A stretch of 63,967 bases of DNA, counting the filler, from Stramenopiles sp. TOSAG23-2 (taxonomy: Eukaryota), in NCBI GenBank assembly GCA_900128395.1. It is 4 parts of 4 records of this genome, joined end to end, with 100 filler letters (N's around TTAATTAATTAA, not from the genome) between each part and the next. Parts side by side here need not be neighbours in the genome. Positions count along the whole stretch, not along the records: positions 32,987 to 49,346 come from LT649680.1; positions 49,447 to 63,967 come from LT649754.1; 2 more parts are not named here. The stretch is one strand, 5' to 3'. Below are positions 44,994-56,833 of the stretch, piece after piece. Both the position numbers and the translations under genes were made by a program. Under the pieces are notes generated by a model that saw only the letters and a program-made list of their open reading frames with translations, had not been told where the DNA came from and did no database searches. Position 1 is the stretch's first letter. Each line of letters opens with the position of its first letter.

Positions 44994-47408
44994 TCACTCT
45001 TCATTCTCCAGGACATAGTCTAGAATAATTCGCATCGTTTTATCAACATTTGGTAAATCATATTTTTGATTCATTTTTAAAATCCATTGATAATTGTAAT
45101 CTGACAGTCTTAAAAGTATTCGAGTTTTCTTCTTTTTTCTTCCTTTACCACGCGGTACAGTAAATATTGTGTCTTGTACGGATGCATTATTTTTAATATC
45201 AACAAATATTAATTGGAATAAATCATCAATAATTTCATGTTCTGTCATATTTCCACCACCTCTCTTTTTACTTTCAATCCAATCTAGATTTGCTTGATCA
45301 ATAACAAATAAATGTTCAAAAATATTATCATTACTATTGTCACCGTCTATCACATTCACTCCAGTCTCTATGGTATTCTCTTTCCGTATAATTTTTACAC
45401 TATTATTCACAATAAATGATATATGTATCATAGCATCGAATATTGAAGGCAATATTTGTCGTACACTATGTGGACTACCTGGTAAATTAATGATAAATGT
45501 TTTACCACGAGTACCAGCAACTTGCCTTGATAAGATAGCAGTTGGTACATATTGCAAAGATATTTGACGCATACGCTCCCCAAACCCAGGAAATAAGCGC
45601 CCACAAACGTTCATCGTCGCATCTGGTGTTAAATCCCTTTCAGCTGGCCCTGTACCACCTGTTGTTATGATTATATTACATTTAACCCTATCTGATAGAT
45701 CACAAATAGTACTTTCAATGGTTCTTTGCTCATCTGGTATGATTCTATATTCTGATTCCCATAATGATTTTATATTGTCATTGATGCAACGGAGTACTTC
45801 CGGGCCGCCTTGATCGGGGTATATACCTTTACTAGCACGATCACTAACTGTTATCACTCCTATACGCACCGTGGATGAATTTTCTATGTTAATACCACCA
45901 TATCTTGGTGGAGGTGTATCATCAATGACTAGATTTGTTTTTTTTACACCACAACATGCACATACAGGAATATCATCATCTTCCTCACTCTTCGTCTTTT
46001 CATCATCATTTCCGATAGATAAATTAACATCTTTACTACTAGTTTCAACTTTACTCGTTAACTTTGCATCTAAATGTGGCGTTACATGTATTGGTGGTGG
46101 TATTGGATTTGATCCTATTAATAATGCAGGGACAACATCACCAGGATTCAATGTAGTATTTCCTTTTGGTAAACACAACAAGGCGGAGGATGACCTCATG
46201 CTTAATAATCGGGAGCTACGTTGTATTCCAGTGCTATCAGCTATAAACTCACCGCTAGTACCAACCGTGTCTCTCCAAGTTAACATACTACGATGATACT
46301 CTGGTCGCACTGGATCTAATTTTAATGGCATATTGATTCTTGTATTGATTCGTGGGTGATGACATTTATTTATAGGTATACCACTCAAAGCCTTGATAGC
46401 AGGATCAACTAATAAATGATACGTTACAAGGGATGATACAGGATTTCCGGGCAAGCCAAAAAATAATTTTTCACGTCCATTTTTATTTATACTTGCGAAT
46501 GTAGTTGGTTTCCCTGGTTTCATACACATACGCCCAAAATGTACCGTTCCTAATTCTTCCAACAAGTCTTTAATTAAATCTAATGAGCCCATACTGACAC
46601 CACCACTCGTTATAACGACATCGCTTTTCTCAATAGCATTTTCCAACATTTTTTTCAAATCAACATTTTTATCTTGAACTATACCTAAATTTAATATATT
46701 TGCCCCTGATTTCTTTGCTGCAGCTAATAACATAAATCGATTTGAATCACGTATCTTACCATTTGTTAATTCTCGTTCCCATGGCTCTAATAATTCATCA
46801 CCGGTGGAAATGATACCAACAGTCGGTATTTTATATACTCTCACGGAAGTCGCCCCTACAGTTGCTAATAATCCAATTTCTGCGGAAGACAAAATCGTAT
46901 TTTTTTCAACAACAATTTGCCCACTCTGTACATCAGAACCTATCGGTCTAATCCATTTACCAGATTTCACTGCAACATTAATTTTCACTTTATTTAGATT
47001 GTTATCCACATTTTCAGTATCCTCGATACGTATCACGGCATCGGCAGATGGTGGCACTGGTGCACCAGTAGTAATATACGAGACTTGACCTGGTTTAATA
47101 TCGTATTGATTATTACTAGTATCTTTCGGGACATCTACTCCAGCTGTGATTGAAGCAATAACATCATATGTGCCAATTCCATCACTAGCTATAACAGCAT
47201 AACCATCCATAATAGATGCACGGAATGGAGGCAATGGCTCTTTTGCGGTTGCATCTTCTGCTATGATTCGATCTAAAAATGTTTCGATTCCATCCTGTTC
47301 CATACTTATAGTTTCAATGCCAATTGGTTCTTTTGTTTTTGACAATACAATTCCTAATGCATCATCTACTGGTATCATTGGATACTTTGATGTTGTAGGG
47401 CGTGACAT
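44994..47408 (-). CDS. Molybdenum cofactor synthesis protein, MoeA(E)-MogA(G) fusion (Cnx1/gephyrin family) with extra C-terminal domain
   Basis: E domain: PPFRASIMDGYA, STGDEL, SGGVSMG, KPGKP, LPGNPVS; G domain: ITVSDRAS, TTGGTGPAERDLTPDAT, INLPGSP. Confidence 0.93.
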   Translation of the reverse strand: MSRPTTSKYPMIPVDDALGIVLSKTKEPIGIETISMEQDGIETFLDRIIAEDATAKEPLPPFRASIMDGYAVIASDGIGTYDVIASITAGVDVPKDTSNNQYDIKPGQVSYITTGAPVPPSADAVIRIEDTENVDNNLNKVKINVAVKSGKWIRPIGSDVQSGQIVVEKNTILSSAEIGLLATVGATSVRVYKIPTVGIISTGDELLEPWERELTNGKIRDSNRFMLLAAAKKSGANILNLGIVQDKNVDLKKMLENAIEKSDVVITSGGVSMGSLDLIKDLLEELGTVHFGRMCMKPGKPTTFASINKNGREKLFFGLPGNPVSSLVTYHLLVDPAIKALSGIPINKCHHPRINTRINMPLKLDPVRPEYHRSMLTWRDTVGTSGEFIADSTGIQRSSRLLSMRSSSALLCLPKGNTTLNPGDVVPALLIGSNPIPPPIHVTPHLDAKLTSKVETSSKDVNLSIGNDDEKTKSEEDDDIPVCACCGVKKTNLVIDDTPPPRYGGINIENSSTVRIGVITVSDRASKGIYPDQGGPEVLRCINDNIKSLWESEYRIIPDEQRTIESTICDLSDRVKCNIIITTGGTGPAERDLTPDATMNVCGRLFPGFGERMRQISLQYVPTAILSRQVAGTRGKTFIINLPGSPHSVRQILPSIFDAMIHISFIVNNSVKIIRKENTIETGVNVIDGDNSNDNIFEHLFVIDQANLDWIESKKRGGGNMTEHEIIDDLFQLIFVDIKNNASVQDTIFTVPRGKGRKKKKTRILLRLSDYNYQWILKMNQKYDLPNVDKTMRIILDYVLENEE

Positions 47409-47723
47409 GTTCTTTTATTATGTTTTAAAGTATATATAATATGTATTATAAAATTATCCTTGATGTTACACTTTATTGTTATATAATTCTTTTATACATA
47501 TGTTTAATTACTAATTGTTATCAAAAAGAAGCATGTATTTGTTTCTTATTATTACATTTATATATAGATGATGGTAGCTAGCTCTATAATTTAATATTTT
47601 TTTATTGTAGTAATATATTCTGTATTATATTTATAGTATTATTGGAGGACGGATGAAAAAGAAGAAGAAGATGTCAATATATATTTACATTTTACAAACA
47701 CACACACACACACCAATTGTCTT

Positions 47724-48608
47724 CTATTGCTCTCCAACTTCTTTCAATTTATTTGTAATTTCTTTTTTCAGATCATCACATACATGCAACCATACATCTT
47801 TCCCTTTACTTTCATGTTTTGTTTTAATTACATCTCGTGCTGCATCAAAATCTTTCCCTGATACACCAAATTGTATCATTGATTTACGTAAATTTAATAA
47901 TTTTTCTAGTGGAGAAACAATTTTACCTTTTGTACTACCTGTACCAGAACTTTGTGGTGCTTTTGGATTACTATTGCCACCACCATCGATTCTTTGTGGT
48001 GCATAATCATTCGATTCAGCTCGCATATCACTACCACCTAAAAATTTTTTAACTTGCTTTACACTTGAATGTCTTCCTACCTTACAGCCTTTGATTGCTT
48101 GAAAAGATTCCCAATCATATCCTTTTGTATGTGGACAACAACTCCACCATTTATTAGTTTCATGAAAAACTGGTGGTGATTCATGATATACACATGCAGT
48201 ATCATGGTTTTTAGCAGGATCGAATTTTTTTTGGCAGCCAAAGCGTTTGCATGTAACCAAGTTTGATTCCTCAGCCTTTTCTTTTTTTAATTTCTCTTTC
48301 TTAAGTTCTTCAACTTCTTCTACTGTTTTAGCTTTGCCAGCTTTTAAATATAAGTCAGCACCGTCGGGTATACAATCAATAACATTTGCGTTTGATAATA
48401 ACTCTTTCCCATCTTGTAGTGTCAAGTGAAATTCATCTTTATTTAGTGGCTCAACTGCTTTATCATCACCTTTTGCATGTTTTGAATTGTACTGTTCAAC
48501 AATACAACCACTTAAATTAGATACAGGTCCTGTTTTCCATTTTTTTGGTAATTTCACTTTAATAGTAAATTTTGGTTTTTGCTCTTCATAATGTAAATAT
48601 ACTTTCAT
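47724..48608 (-). CDS. Single-CHORD-domain protein
   Basis: CKRFGC.KKFD..N....C.YH..PPVFHE..K.WSCC...F..I.GC..G.H. Confidence 0.85.
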   Translation of the reverse strand: MKVYLHYEEQKPKFTIKVKLPKKWKTGPVSNLSGCIVEQYNSKHAKGDDKAVEPLNKDEFHLTLQDGKELLSNANVIDCIPDGADLYLKAGKAKTVEEVEELKKEKLKKEKAEESNLVTCKRFGCQKKFDPAKNHDTACVYHESPPVFHETNKWWSCCPHTKGYDWESFQAIKGCKVGRHSSVKQVKKFLGGSDMRAESNDYAPQRIDGGGNSNPKAPQSSGTGSTKGKIVSPLEKLLNLRKSMIQFGVSGKDFDAARDVIKTKHESKGKDVWLHVCDDLKKEITNKLKEVGEQ

Positions 48609-49346
48609 CTTACTATTGTTATATATATTTATATTATGATTATTAAATTATTATAATTATTATATATATTTGATAAATTCTAACTTAACAATTATAATAT
48701 AGTATGAATATTATCTATTTTATTTAGTTCTACTGTGTTTTATCTACGATACTATCGTTTTAATATTTTTCTTTACACTAAAAACATATGTAATGTTGAT
48801 CATTCATTTGATCTGTAAATCTATATTTCTATATTCATTATTAATTATACATATATATATATTATATCTATTATTCTAGAAGTACCACCAGTGGTAATAC
48901 TGTAAAAAATATGATGATGATGTATTTTTTGAAATTATAATATGGTGAAGTTAAAAGAAAAGTCTAGGACCTAGATTATAGGATTTGTATATAAAAGTTT
49001 ATACTTAATATTATTTTAAAATTACCTATTAATATAAGCCAGTGAATTTTTTACATTTTTTTGTTTTCAAAATGTTGCAAATGTCGGGCCATGATTGAAA
49101 TGTGCGGAAAAAATATAAGCATATTACAGTGTATGATACAACAGTATGATAAAAGAAATAATACTTTTTTGTTCATATTACACGATAATATACGTATCTT
49201 GTTGATGTATATCATACATGTGTGGTTAATTATTTTTGATGATGGTATATTATATAATATATATATATATATATATATTATATTCGTACGGAGTACATAT
49301 AGATATACGAGTGTATATATCTTTATTAATAAATACATACGGGCTT

Positions 49347-49446
49347 NNNNNNNNNNNNNNNNNNNNNNNNNNNNNNNNNNNNNNNNNNNNTTAATTAATT
49401 AANNNNNNNNNNNNNNNNNNNNNNNNNNNNNNNNNNNNNNNNNNNN
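49347..49446. other. Artificial contig linker
   Basis: N44-TTAATTAATTAA-N44. Confidence 0.98.
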
Positions 49447-49448
49447 GA

Positions 49449-50552
49449 CAATTTTCCAATTCGAACCATGTTAGGGAAATGTATAGAAATCATGAAGTTG
49501 TATTAAAATACAAAGTGAAAGCATATAACTTAATACGTAAAGGTGCTATCGGAAATTCATTTGCATTAATAAATAGCCGTGTTAATATTAAAGATTCCTA
49601 CATTGGTATTACCAAAGATGAAACAGCAAATGCATTGATAACATTTATTCAAGCATGTGATTATTTCTTATGGGAAGAATGTGGTTATAATTCATGGAAA
49701 TTTGGACCGTGCACGGAATTATTGACATATCATCCATTTATCCATATTGTCACCTCCCCAAGCCCTGAAGTTACCATAGGAACGCGTTTTAAAGCATTGA
49801 AATGTTTTATAAAGACAATTGTTAATAATATTTTTAGAAAGCGATTTATGTGGACATCTTTTTTAAGCGGTGCGTTTTCGAGAGGGGCGATTGCAACAAT
49901 TACCCGAACTTTTTTCGGTTTATCGATGCCAATTGCATTATCAAATTTATTTACATTGCTTGTATCAATAGTAAATCCGTATAAACCATCTATTCGTAAG
50001 TTAGCAGGTGTTGCAAGTCGAAATCGTGGTATTAGTGAATCGATTCGCATGACGACGAAGCGTTCGATGAACAGAATGTTTAAATTTGTATGGAAACCAT
50101 TAGGCAATACTAATTTAATTAATTATAGTCTACGAACGATTAATTTTCAAAGTGTTTTACGATATGGTGATGGTGCAATATTGTTGTTGTTAATACAAAT
50201 GGTATGGAAAATGATGATATCGTCTTTGCCATTAGTCTTTGCTGCAAGTTGCGAAGAGCTTGTAGCAAGTACATGCCGTTTAATATGGCATAAAGAGGCA
50301 TCGTTTAAATATTATAATCTTTGGTATATGTTACTGTTAACTCGCATATCATTGCCTGATAACGTATTGAATACATTGCGTTTCAAACGAAGAAATAAGA
50401 TAGTATTGACACATTATTTGGATTTCATGTTATCGTCCATCTGCTACAGAATACTAAATCAGTTTATACCTACACATGTATTGTCCATGGCACCATTATA
50501 TGTTTACATTTTGCCTGTGCTTGGATTATTAGGTATTGCAAATGTATATTGA
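49449..50552 (+). CDS. Hypothetical membrane protein, 5'-partial
   Basis: Frame is open from the contig start; several hydrophobic segments. Confidence 0.6.
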   Translation, partial: QFSNSNHVREMYRNHEVVLKYKVKAYNLIRKGAIGNSFALINSRVNIKDSYIGITKDETANALITFIQACDYFLWEECGYNSWKFGPCTELLTYHPFIHIVTSPSPEVTIGTRFKALKCFIKTIVNNIFRKRFMWTSFLSGAFSRGAIATITRTFFGLSMPIALSNLFTLLVSIVNPYKPSIRKLAGVASRNRGISESIRMTTKRSMNRMFKFVWKPLGNTNLINYSLRTINFQSVLRYGDGAILLLLIQMVWKMMISSLPLVFAASCEELVASTCRLIWHKEASFKYYNLWYMLLLTRISLPDNVLNTLRFKRRNKIVLTHYLDFMLSSICYRILNQFIPTHVLSMAPLYVYILPVLGLLGIANVY

Positions 50553-50890
50553 AAAAATAAAGTGTGTACATGTTTGTTTGCACATATATATATATATATG
50601 GAGAGGATTTTGAGGTTCGAAAGATGTAAATACCACACGTGGTATTTGCGGTCGTGTAAAACTTCTACGAGTCGTAGTATTAACAAGTTTAACAAGGAGT
50701 CGTGTGTAAATAAATCACAAAATATTAATATGTTATATATATATATCACATCTCTAGAGTATTTTTATGATAAAATATATGCATAATACTCGTATTCGTA
50801 CAAAGTATATAATATCTATTTTATCATACGAGCGTACGTATTTAGTTTTACTAAAATATTTTTTATAAAAATACATTTTTTTAAACATCA

Positions 50891-51919
50891 CTATCTTGAC
50901 ACAACTGTTGCTTCTTGGGGCGGCGGAATTGGCATTTTTCTAATCTCTGGACTTGCATCATACGTAGGAAAAGGCCATGAATTCGGTGCATCGTTCCAAT
51001 ATGGTCTACTGGCTTTGTTACCATCGACAATTGGAGATGGGAAGCCAAATTTATTCGATGGTGGTGTAACACCAGGAAAATATTTTTTTGCATAAACAGA
51101 ATGAGGAGTTTGAGTATAAACACTATCATGACCTGAAAAACCAATATTATGATTCACGATTGGAAAAGGAACTTGTACAGGGATTGGGTTTGACAATTGG
51201 TGGGCCATTGAATCGCCTAAATGAAATGGTTTATTTGACTGCAATTCATTTGCATGTGGATAATTGTGCGGTATGAAACCAAACATTGGATGGAAAGGAT
51301 CAATACTACGTGACCGCATACCTCGTGGTAAATATGCAGCACTTAGTTCTCCAACATTTTCTTCAATTGGCCTCCACTTGCCGTGAAACCAACGATAATG
51401 TTTTAAACTAGAATTGAATGCACCACCATCCGGATCCGTTGGGTTATAATACAATGGTTCTAATTGCAGACCAGGAGATTTCTTCTCTCCCCAACTCTTA
51501 CCATATGGTGGACGATTATATGCGTCACTACTAATACCTATGTTATTTTCTTTATAGTTTGTATAACCTGAGTCAAGTGCATTTGGGTTTAAATCTAAAT
51601 AATGTTTTGATAAATACCCAGCATTTAATAAATTATGTGTACGTACAGAATCTTTCGGTGTTAAATTTTGAACATGTTCTGGCGTAGGTGTTGGAAATTT
51701 ACTTTCTCCATCGCTATATGTTGTTTTTGGTGGTATTACAGTTGTAATAGGCATCACTTTTCTTCTCATATTAGAGGCAATAACACCTTGTTTCCTATTA
51801 TTTGATAAATATTGTTTTAATTTTGCATATTGTTCTATCTTTGCACCATCAATTGTACGTACAGAAAGAATACACAAACATATGAATGTTACAAACGCAA
51901 TGTTCATTGTATTGTACAT
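50891..51919 (-). CDS. Hypothetical secreted Pro-rich protein
   Basis: Signal-like IAFVTFICLCILSV; Pro/Tyr-rich body. Confidence 0.7.
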   Translation of the reverse strand: MYNTMNIAFVTFICLCILSVRTIDGAKIEQYAKLKQYLSNNRKQGVIASNMRRKVMPITTVIPPKTTYSDGESKFPTPTPEHVQNLTPKDSVRTHNLLNAGYLSKHYLDLNPNALDSGYTNYKENNIGISSDAYNRPPYGKSWGEKKSPGLQLEPLYYNPTDPDGGAFNSSLKHYRWFHGKWRPIEENVGELSAAYLPRGMRSRSIDPFHPMFGFIPHNYPHANELQSNKPFHLGDSMAHQLSNPIPVQVPFPIVNHNIGFSGHDSVYTQTPHSVYAKKYFPGVTPPSNKFGFPSPIVDGNKASRPYWNDAPNSWPFPTYDASPEIRKMPIPPPQEATVVSR

Positions 51920-52560
51920 GGTTTCGTGTTATATATATATATCTGAACTAACTACACATATATATTATATGTGAGATGATGATGTCTATCTGTCTTCACA
52001 CAAATATTTGATACATGCACATCGATCCTCAACACAATTTAATCAATCAATTCATCTTTCGGTCCCCACTTTTTCATCACAACAATAGGCCTCACAGAGA
52101 AGAAGAATGTTCGGAGGTTCATTTCAATTTTATAATAGGTGCTTTTTGTTATAGTAGTATACTCAATTCGTCTAATAGTTGTAGCTTTTTTCCTTTTTGC
52201 CCTGTCTCTGTGCTCTGTGCCTCGTAGGTTTTATATTACTGAAATAGCATATAATTATTATTATAGTACGAAGGCAGGCCCTAAGGCAGGGAATAGCATT
52301 GAGGCGCTTATAGTTTTGCACTTTTTAAGTTTTTGCAGTTTCATCATCAATCCAGAATCCAGGCAATCTTAATCTCGGCGGCATTCTTTCTGAGGGAACA
52401 ACGTCCACACACATAAAAAATATAGAAAGATAGACAGATATAGATACAAGGAGAAGTGTGTTTAGATTATACAATAATAAACGATTACAATAAAAAAATT
52501 ATTCTATCTCATTCATACAATAAAAGAAAAAAACAATCATAAACGCATACAAAAACAAAA

Positions 52561-54252
52561 ATGAATAAAGTATACGATTCGGATGGATATTATTCTGACT
52601 CCGATTCAGATGATGAACAATCAGAAATTGATAAGTTATTAATATTACGTGCTGAAGAATTAGCAATAGCAAAGTCATTAGGTTTTGGTTTCCAAATATT
52701 AGAAACGAGTGCACATATGCAATTTAATACTAGCCAAAAAGCTAGTATTGCAATGACTGCTATCTCTAATCCTATGCAATTCAAAACAGTGCGTGATAAA
52801 GTAGAACGTATACAAAAGTTTACAAGACGTGTACGTTCAAAAGTTACAAAAGCTACTAGTGATGTAGTCGCTGCTGCTAAAGATACATATGAAGGTTATA
52901 AAGTTCAAGACAATGGCAAAGGTGTACGAACTATTACAAAAATCGATCAATTGGAAAAAGAATTAGCAGAACTTAAAGCGATGATGAAAATGATGGCTAA
53001 TAATAACAATAACAACAGCAACAGCAATGATAATAACAATAATGATAATAAAATTTACAAAACACCAGGAATAGAGCAATCTCAACGAACTACACGAAAA
53101 TTTACTACTATTGCTACTACAAGTAGTAGTAATAATAATGATGGCAATAATAATCAAAAAGCTTCACCTACAGGTGTTCATCCAGTAGCAGCAATTTTAA
53201 AATTATCAAAACAAAGTAATTTGAAAAAAGTTTCAGGCACACGTTCACCAGGTGGTACTCCATTTATTGCTTTGAAAAATAAACATAAAAGCAAAAAACA
53301 TTCACGCAATGCATCGTTTAATGAATCGATGTTATCAAAAGCATTGCATCGAAAATTTAAAAATACACATGATACTAGCAGCGATGAAGATGAAAGTGAC
53401 AATAACTTTACCTCATCAAGCGAATCAGAAGATGAAGAATCATCGGATGAAAGCGATTCTGATAGCAGTAAAAGTAGTAGTGAGTCGGAAGCAGAGACAG
53501 AGGATCAAGGAGATTCATCTTCCTCCGATGATGACGAAGATAGTGAAAACGAGGATAACAACAACGAAGATGTTAATTCAAAGAAAGGAACTCGTACTAA
53601 TACTTTAAAAATTGAATCTTCACCACGTGTTTTTAACGTTCGACGTGTTTCATATGGTGTAGGGCAAATTCCAACACCAAGACGTAATGCAAACAATACT
53701 AAAATTTCCAGGGATACTGTACCGGAAAGTGTTTTAAAATCAACAGCACGTGTAAATTTGTTATCTAGTATCAAATCGTTCAAAAAAAATGCTAGTAACA
53801 AAAATAATAATAAGAAGAGCATCAACAAGAAGCAAGTTAAAGTAGTAGTAGGAAAGGAAAAAGGTTTGGTAAAAAAAAAAGAATCAGATAATAATATTTC
53901 GACAATGCCACAAAGAAAACCATTGAATTTTTTAAGTGAAATTAAAAACTTTAAGAATGTTCAAAAGAAGAAGAAGAAAAAAGTTACAGTTTTTGCAAAA
54001 AAAAAGATTAAAACATTATTACCACCAAAAAAAAAAGAGTTATCTTTAGCCGATTCCATTTTATTAAGAAGGAAACAAATGAAAAATAAAAGTAAAAAAA
54101 ATAATGAAAATAAAGGTTTAAATAGTAATAATAAGAATAGTAAAACAAAAGATGCAGCTATCCATAATAAAGGTGGTAATTTATTTGGTGTAAAATTACG
54201 TAAAGTTAGCAAGAAAAATATTACTGCTAATAATAAAGAAGCAATTGTTTAA
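52561..54252 (+). CDS. Low-complexity protein with PRR11/MTFR1-like motifs and WH2-like motifs
   Basis: IDQLEKELAELK coil, LKKV..RSPGGTP, KALHRKF; LLSSIKSF, FLSEIKNF, FGVKLRKV. Family call is from motif recall. Confidence 0.6.
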   Translation: MNKVYDSDGYYSDSDSDDEQSEIDKLLILRAEELAIAKSLGFGFQILETSAHMQFNTSQKASIAMTAISNPMQFKTVRDKVERIQKFTRRVRSKVTKATSDVVAAAKDTYEGYKVQDNGKGVRTITKIDQLEKELAELKAMMKMMANNNNNNSNSNDNNNNDNKIYKTPGIEQSQRTTRKFTTIATTSSSNNNDGNNNQKASPTGVHPVAAILKLSKQSNLKKVSGTRSPGGTPFIALKNKHKSKKHSRNASFNESMLSKALHRKFKNTHDTSSDEDESDNNFTSSSESEDEESSDESDSDSSKSSSESEAETEDQGDSSSSDDDEDSENEDNNNEDVNSKKGTRTNTLKIESSPRVFNVRRVSYGVGQIPTPRRNANNTKISRDTVPESVLKSTARVNLLSSIKSFKKNASNKNNNKKSINKKQVKVVVGKEKGLVKKKESDNNISTMPQRKPLNFLSEIKNFKNVQKKKKKKVTVFAKKKIKTLLPPKKKELSLADSILLRRKQMKNKSKKNNENKGLNSNNKNSKTKDAAIHNKGGNLFGVKLRKVSKKNITANNKEAIV

Positions 54253-54562
54253 AAATATTAATATCATATTTATGGAGAGATCATGTATAAAATTATTATA
54301 TATTTATAAAGAAAGAGAGAAAATAGAGACGGGGATGAAGACAAAAATATATGCATAAAAGCGGCGCAATATGAAGCAATGCAAAGCAAAAATAAATGCG
54401 AGAATGTAAATGTGCGCATCTTTTAACTTTTCGTGTGTGTGTACAAAAAAAGCTTGTAGCTTTTTTAGAAAAGAGATGAGGAGCGAGATATTTAAAAAGA
54501 TATTTTATGAGAAATTATATTCGTATTAGCAAGTCAGATTACAAAATACTAAAACGCCACCC

Positions 54563-55387
54563 TTAAATAATGTAATTTAATGCAGTATTGACGGCAAACA
54601 TAATATTTTTTCTCCATTCATCAGTTTGTGAATATCTAGGAAATGGAAAAATGACAGAATCATTTCTCCATTGATAATTATTATTGCCATTTTCCCATGC
54701 AAATCCAGTAAAAAATTGTCCAATTGCATCTGGGCATGTACCATTTCTTTGTTCTGGATTATATGTTTTATTTACAAAACAATTTGCAGCAACTTTTTTA
54801 CATAAATTCATTGTTAATGGTATAGCATTGTCATATGCAATCGTAAATTTTTCCAAACTACGGCCAGCATTGGACATAGCCTGATTTAATAATGGTTTTA
54901 ATCTTGGCCAAATTTGTGCCAAATATGCAAATGCCCAACATTTTCGACCTAACGTCGCTGGGCTCTCTATCCTTGCACCTGGTTTACGTGGCATGTCATA
55001 ATATTGCACTTGAAATACATACCATGTATACCACCATTGATTTATACTTGTATTAGTTGTATCAAGATATTCTATTGCATTTTTCGCAATTGTGGTATTT
55101 AAACATGTATTTGGTGATGCTAATGTATTTAATAAATTATTCATATATATAACTTGATTTGGCCAATCACCTTGTGCATCGTATTCTTTACAATCTACAC
55201 CGGGTGGTGGTGCAATGGAGCATCGCATTATATTGTTTTGTTTATATAGATATTCATCAGATGCTTGGCAATCATCATCATTTGTTACTAATATAATATT
55301 CTTTTTTGTTGCATGACTATTATTTACTACATTTATTATTATTATTATTATAAGCAATAATATTCTAATTATTATTTTCATTTTCAA
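54563..55387 (-). CDS. Hypothetical secreted Cys-containing protein
   Basis: Signal peptide, 8 Cys, Trp/Tyr-rich. Confidence 0.75.
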   Translation of the reverse strand: MKMKIIIRILLLIIIIIINVVNNSHATKKNIILVTNDDDCQASDEYLYKQNNIMRCSIAPPPGVDCKEYDAQGDWPNQVIYMNNLLNTLASPNTCLNTTIAKNAIEYLDTTNTSINQWWYTWYVFQVQYYDMPRKPGARIESPATLGRKCWAFAYLAQIWPRLKPLLNQAMSNAGRSLEKFTIAYDNAIPLTMNLCKKVAANCFVNKTYNPEQRNGTCPDAIGQFFTGFAWENGNNNYQWRNDSVIFPFPRYSQTDEWRKNIMFAVNTALNYII

Positions 55388-55783
55388 TATATATATATAT
55401 ATATAATGGTGTACTACTAAATATGTTTGTTTTTATAAAGAAATATTCACATAAAACAATATTAACATATGTATGATCTTCTTCCCGTTAATAATTATTC
55501 TTTGTTTCTTTTTATTGTTATTTGTTTTGTTAACCATCTTTCTATTCTATCATCATCATATATTATTTTATATATAATTGTAAGTTAAAGTTCTCAACAT
55601 AAATTCAAAAAAAAATCGTTATTTATAATAATATTTTTATTATTAATACAACAAAACTATAAAAACTAATAATAATAATTTTAATAATATCGCATTTGCA
55701 ACAAATATCATACATATACAAATACGAATCGATTACTTATATCGTAGCACATACACTATTGTGCATTGTGATAGAAACAAATT

Positions 55784-56833
55784 ATGTCACGTGTTCATTT
55801 GGTTGGTGCAATAATAGCTGCTGGCGTTGCAGGGTATTACATTGGTAGAAAAATAAATATTGTTAAGCAACGACAGAAAGGGATAATTAATAATAATTCA
55901 AAAGATGATGAAAGTGTTGAGGATACAGACACACACTCCCTTGTCCAATCTTATTACGCAAACGCTGCAAATGGTAGTGGAAGTAGCTGCTGTGGTAGCA
56001 ATAATAGCGCCCCTGTAAACGCAGAAAGATCCGAAAAGATGGGCTACACCACATCAGAACTTGAACTAGTGAAGGAAGCAAATTTAGGTGTAGGCTGTGG
56101 CTCTCCAATAACGTTTGCGAATATACGAAAGAATGAAACAGTAGTTGACTTAGGTAGTGGTTTAGGTATTGATTGTTTACTAGCTGCGGAGCATGTTGGT
56201 CGGGGTGGCAATGTCATTGGTGTAGACATGACAAGGGAAATGATTGATAAAGCGCGCAAGATAATCAAAAAGAAGAAAATCAAAAATATTGAATACAGGC
56301 TTGGTGAAATAGAACATTTGCCTCTTGCCAATAATTCAGTCGATTGTGTTATTTCAAATTGTGTTATTAACTTAAGTCCAGAAAAAGAAAAAGTTTATAA
56401 AGATATACTTCGTGTTTTAAAACCTGGATCTGGTAGAATTGCAATTTCTGATGTTGTAAAATTTTTGCCAGATGATTTGCCACAACACTTAAAAACAGAT
56501 CAAGCGCTTGCATGCTGAGTCACCGGCGCACTTAGTGCGCAAGAAACTAAGACAATGTTAGAAGACATTGGATTTGTGAATATTAACATGGACATTAAGC
56601 GTGAATCCGCGTCGTATATTAAAGATTGGTTACCTGGATCAAATGCTGAAGACTATGTTGTATCAGCAAATATATCTGCTTTTAAACCATTCCCGATAAT
56701 GGAAAGCACATCACAGAAACAACCACGGCAAATTGAACGACTAAATTTCAAAATTCAACCTGTAACTACTAACGCATCATCCAAAGACTCATGCTGTAAG
56801 GTTCAAAAGAATGGAGAGAAAAACAACAAGTGA
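55784..56833 (+). CDS. Arsenite S-adenosylmethionine methyltransferase (ArsM/AS3MT family) with in-frame UGA at 56516-56518, probably selenocysteine
   Basis: SCCGS, NLGVGCGSP, VDLGSGLGID, GEIEHLP, ISNCVINLSPEK, then ALAC-UGA-VTGAL...GF...I.DW.PG..AEDYVVSA.I.A.KP in the same frame (56555-55784 is divisible by 3). Confidence 0.9.

Noticed and set aside
56516-56518. Genome-wide UGA reassignment to Cys or Trp
   Set aside because: UGA ends conserved genes at their expected positions (SNF8 5696-98, TMEM115-like), and only this one in-frame UGA sits at a conserved Cys.
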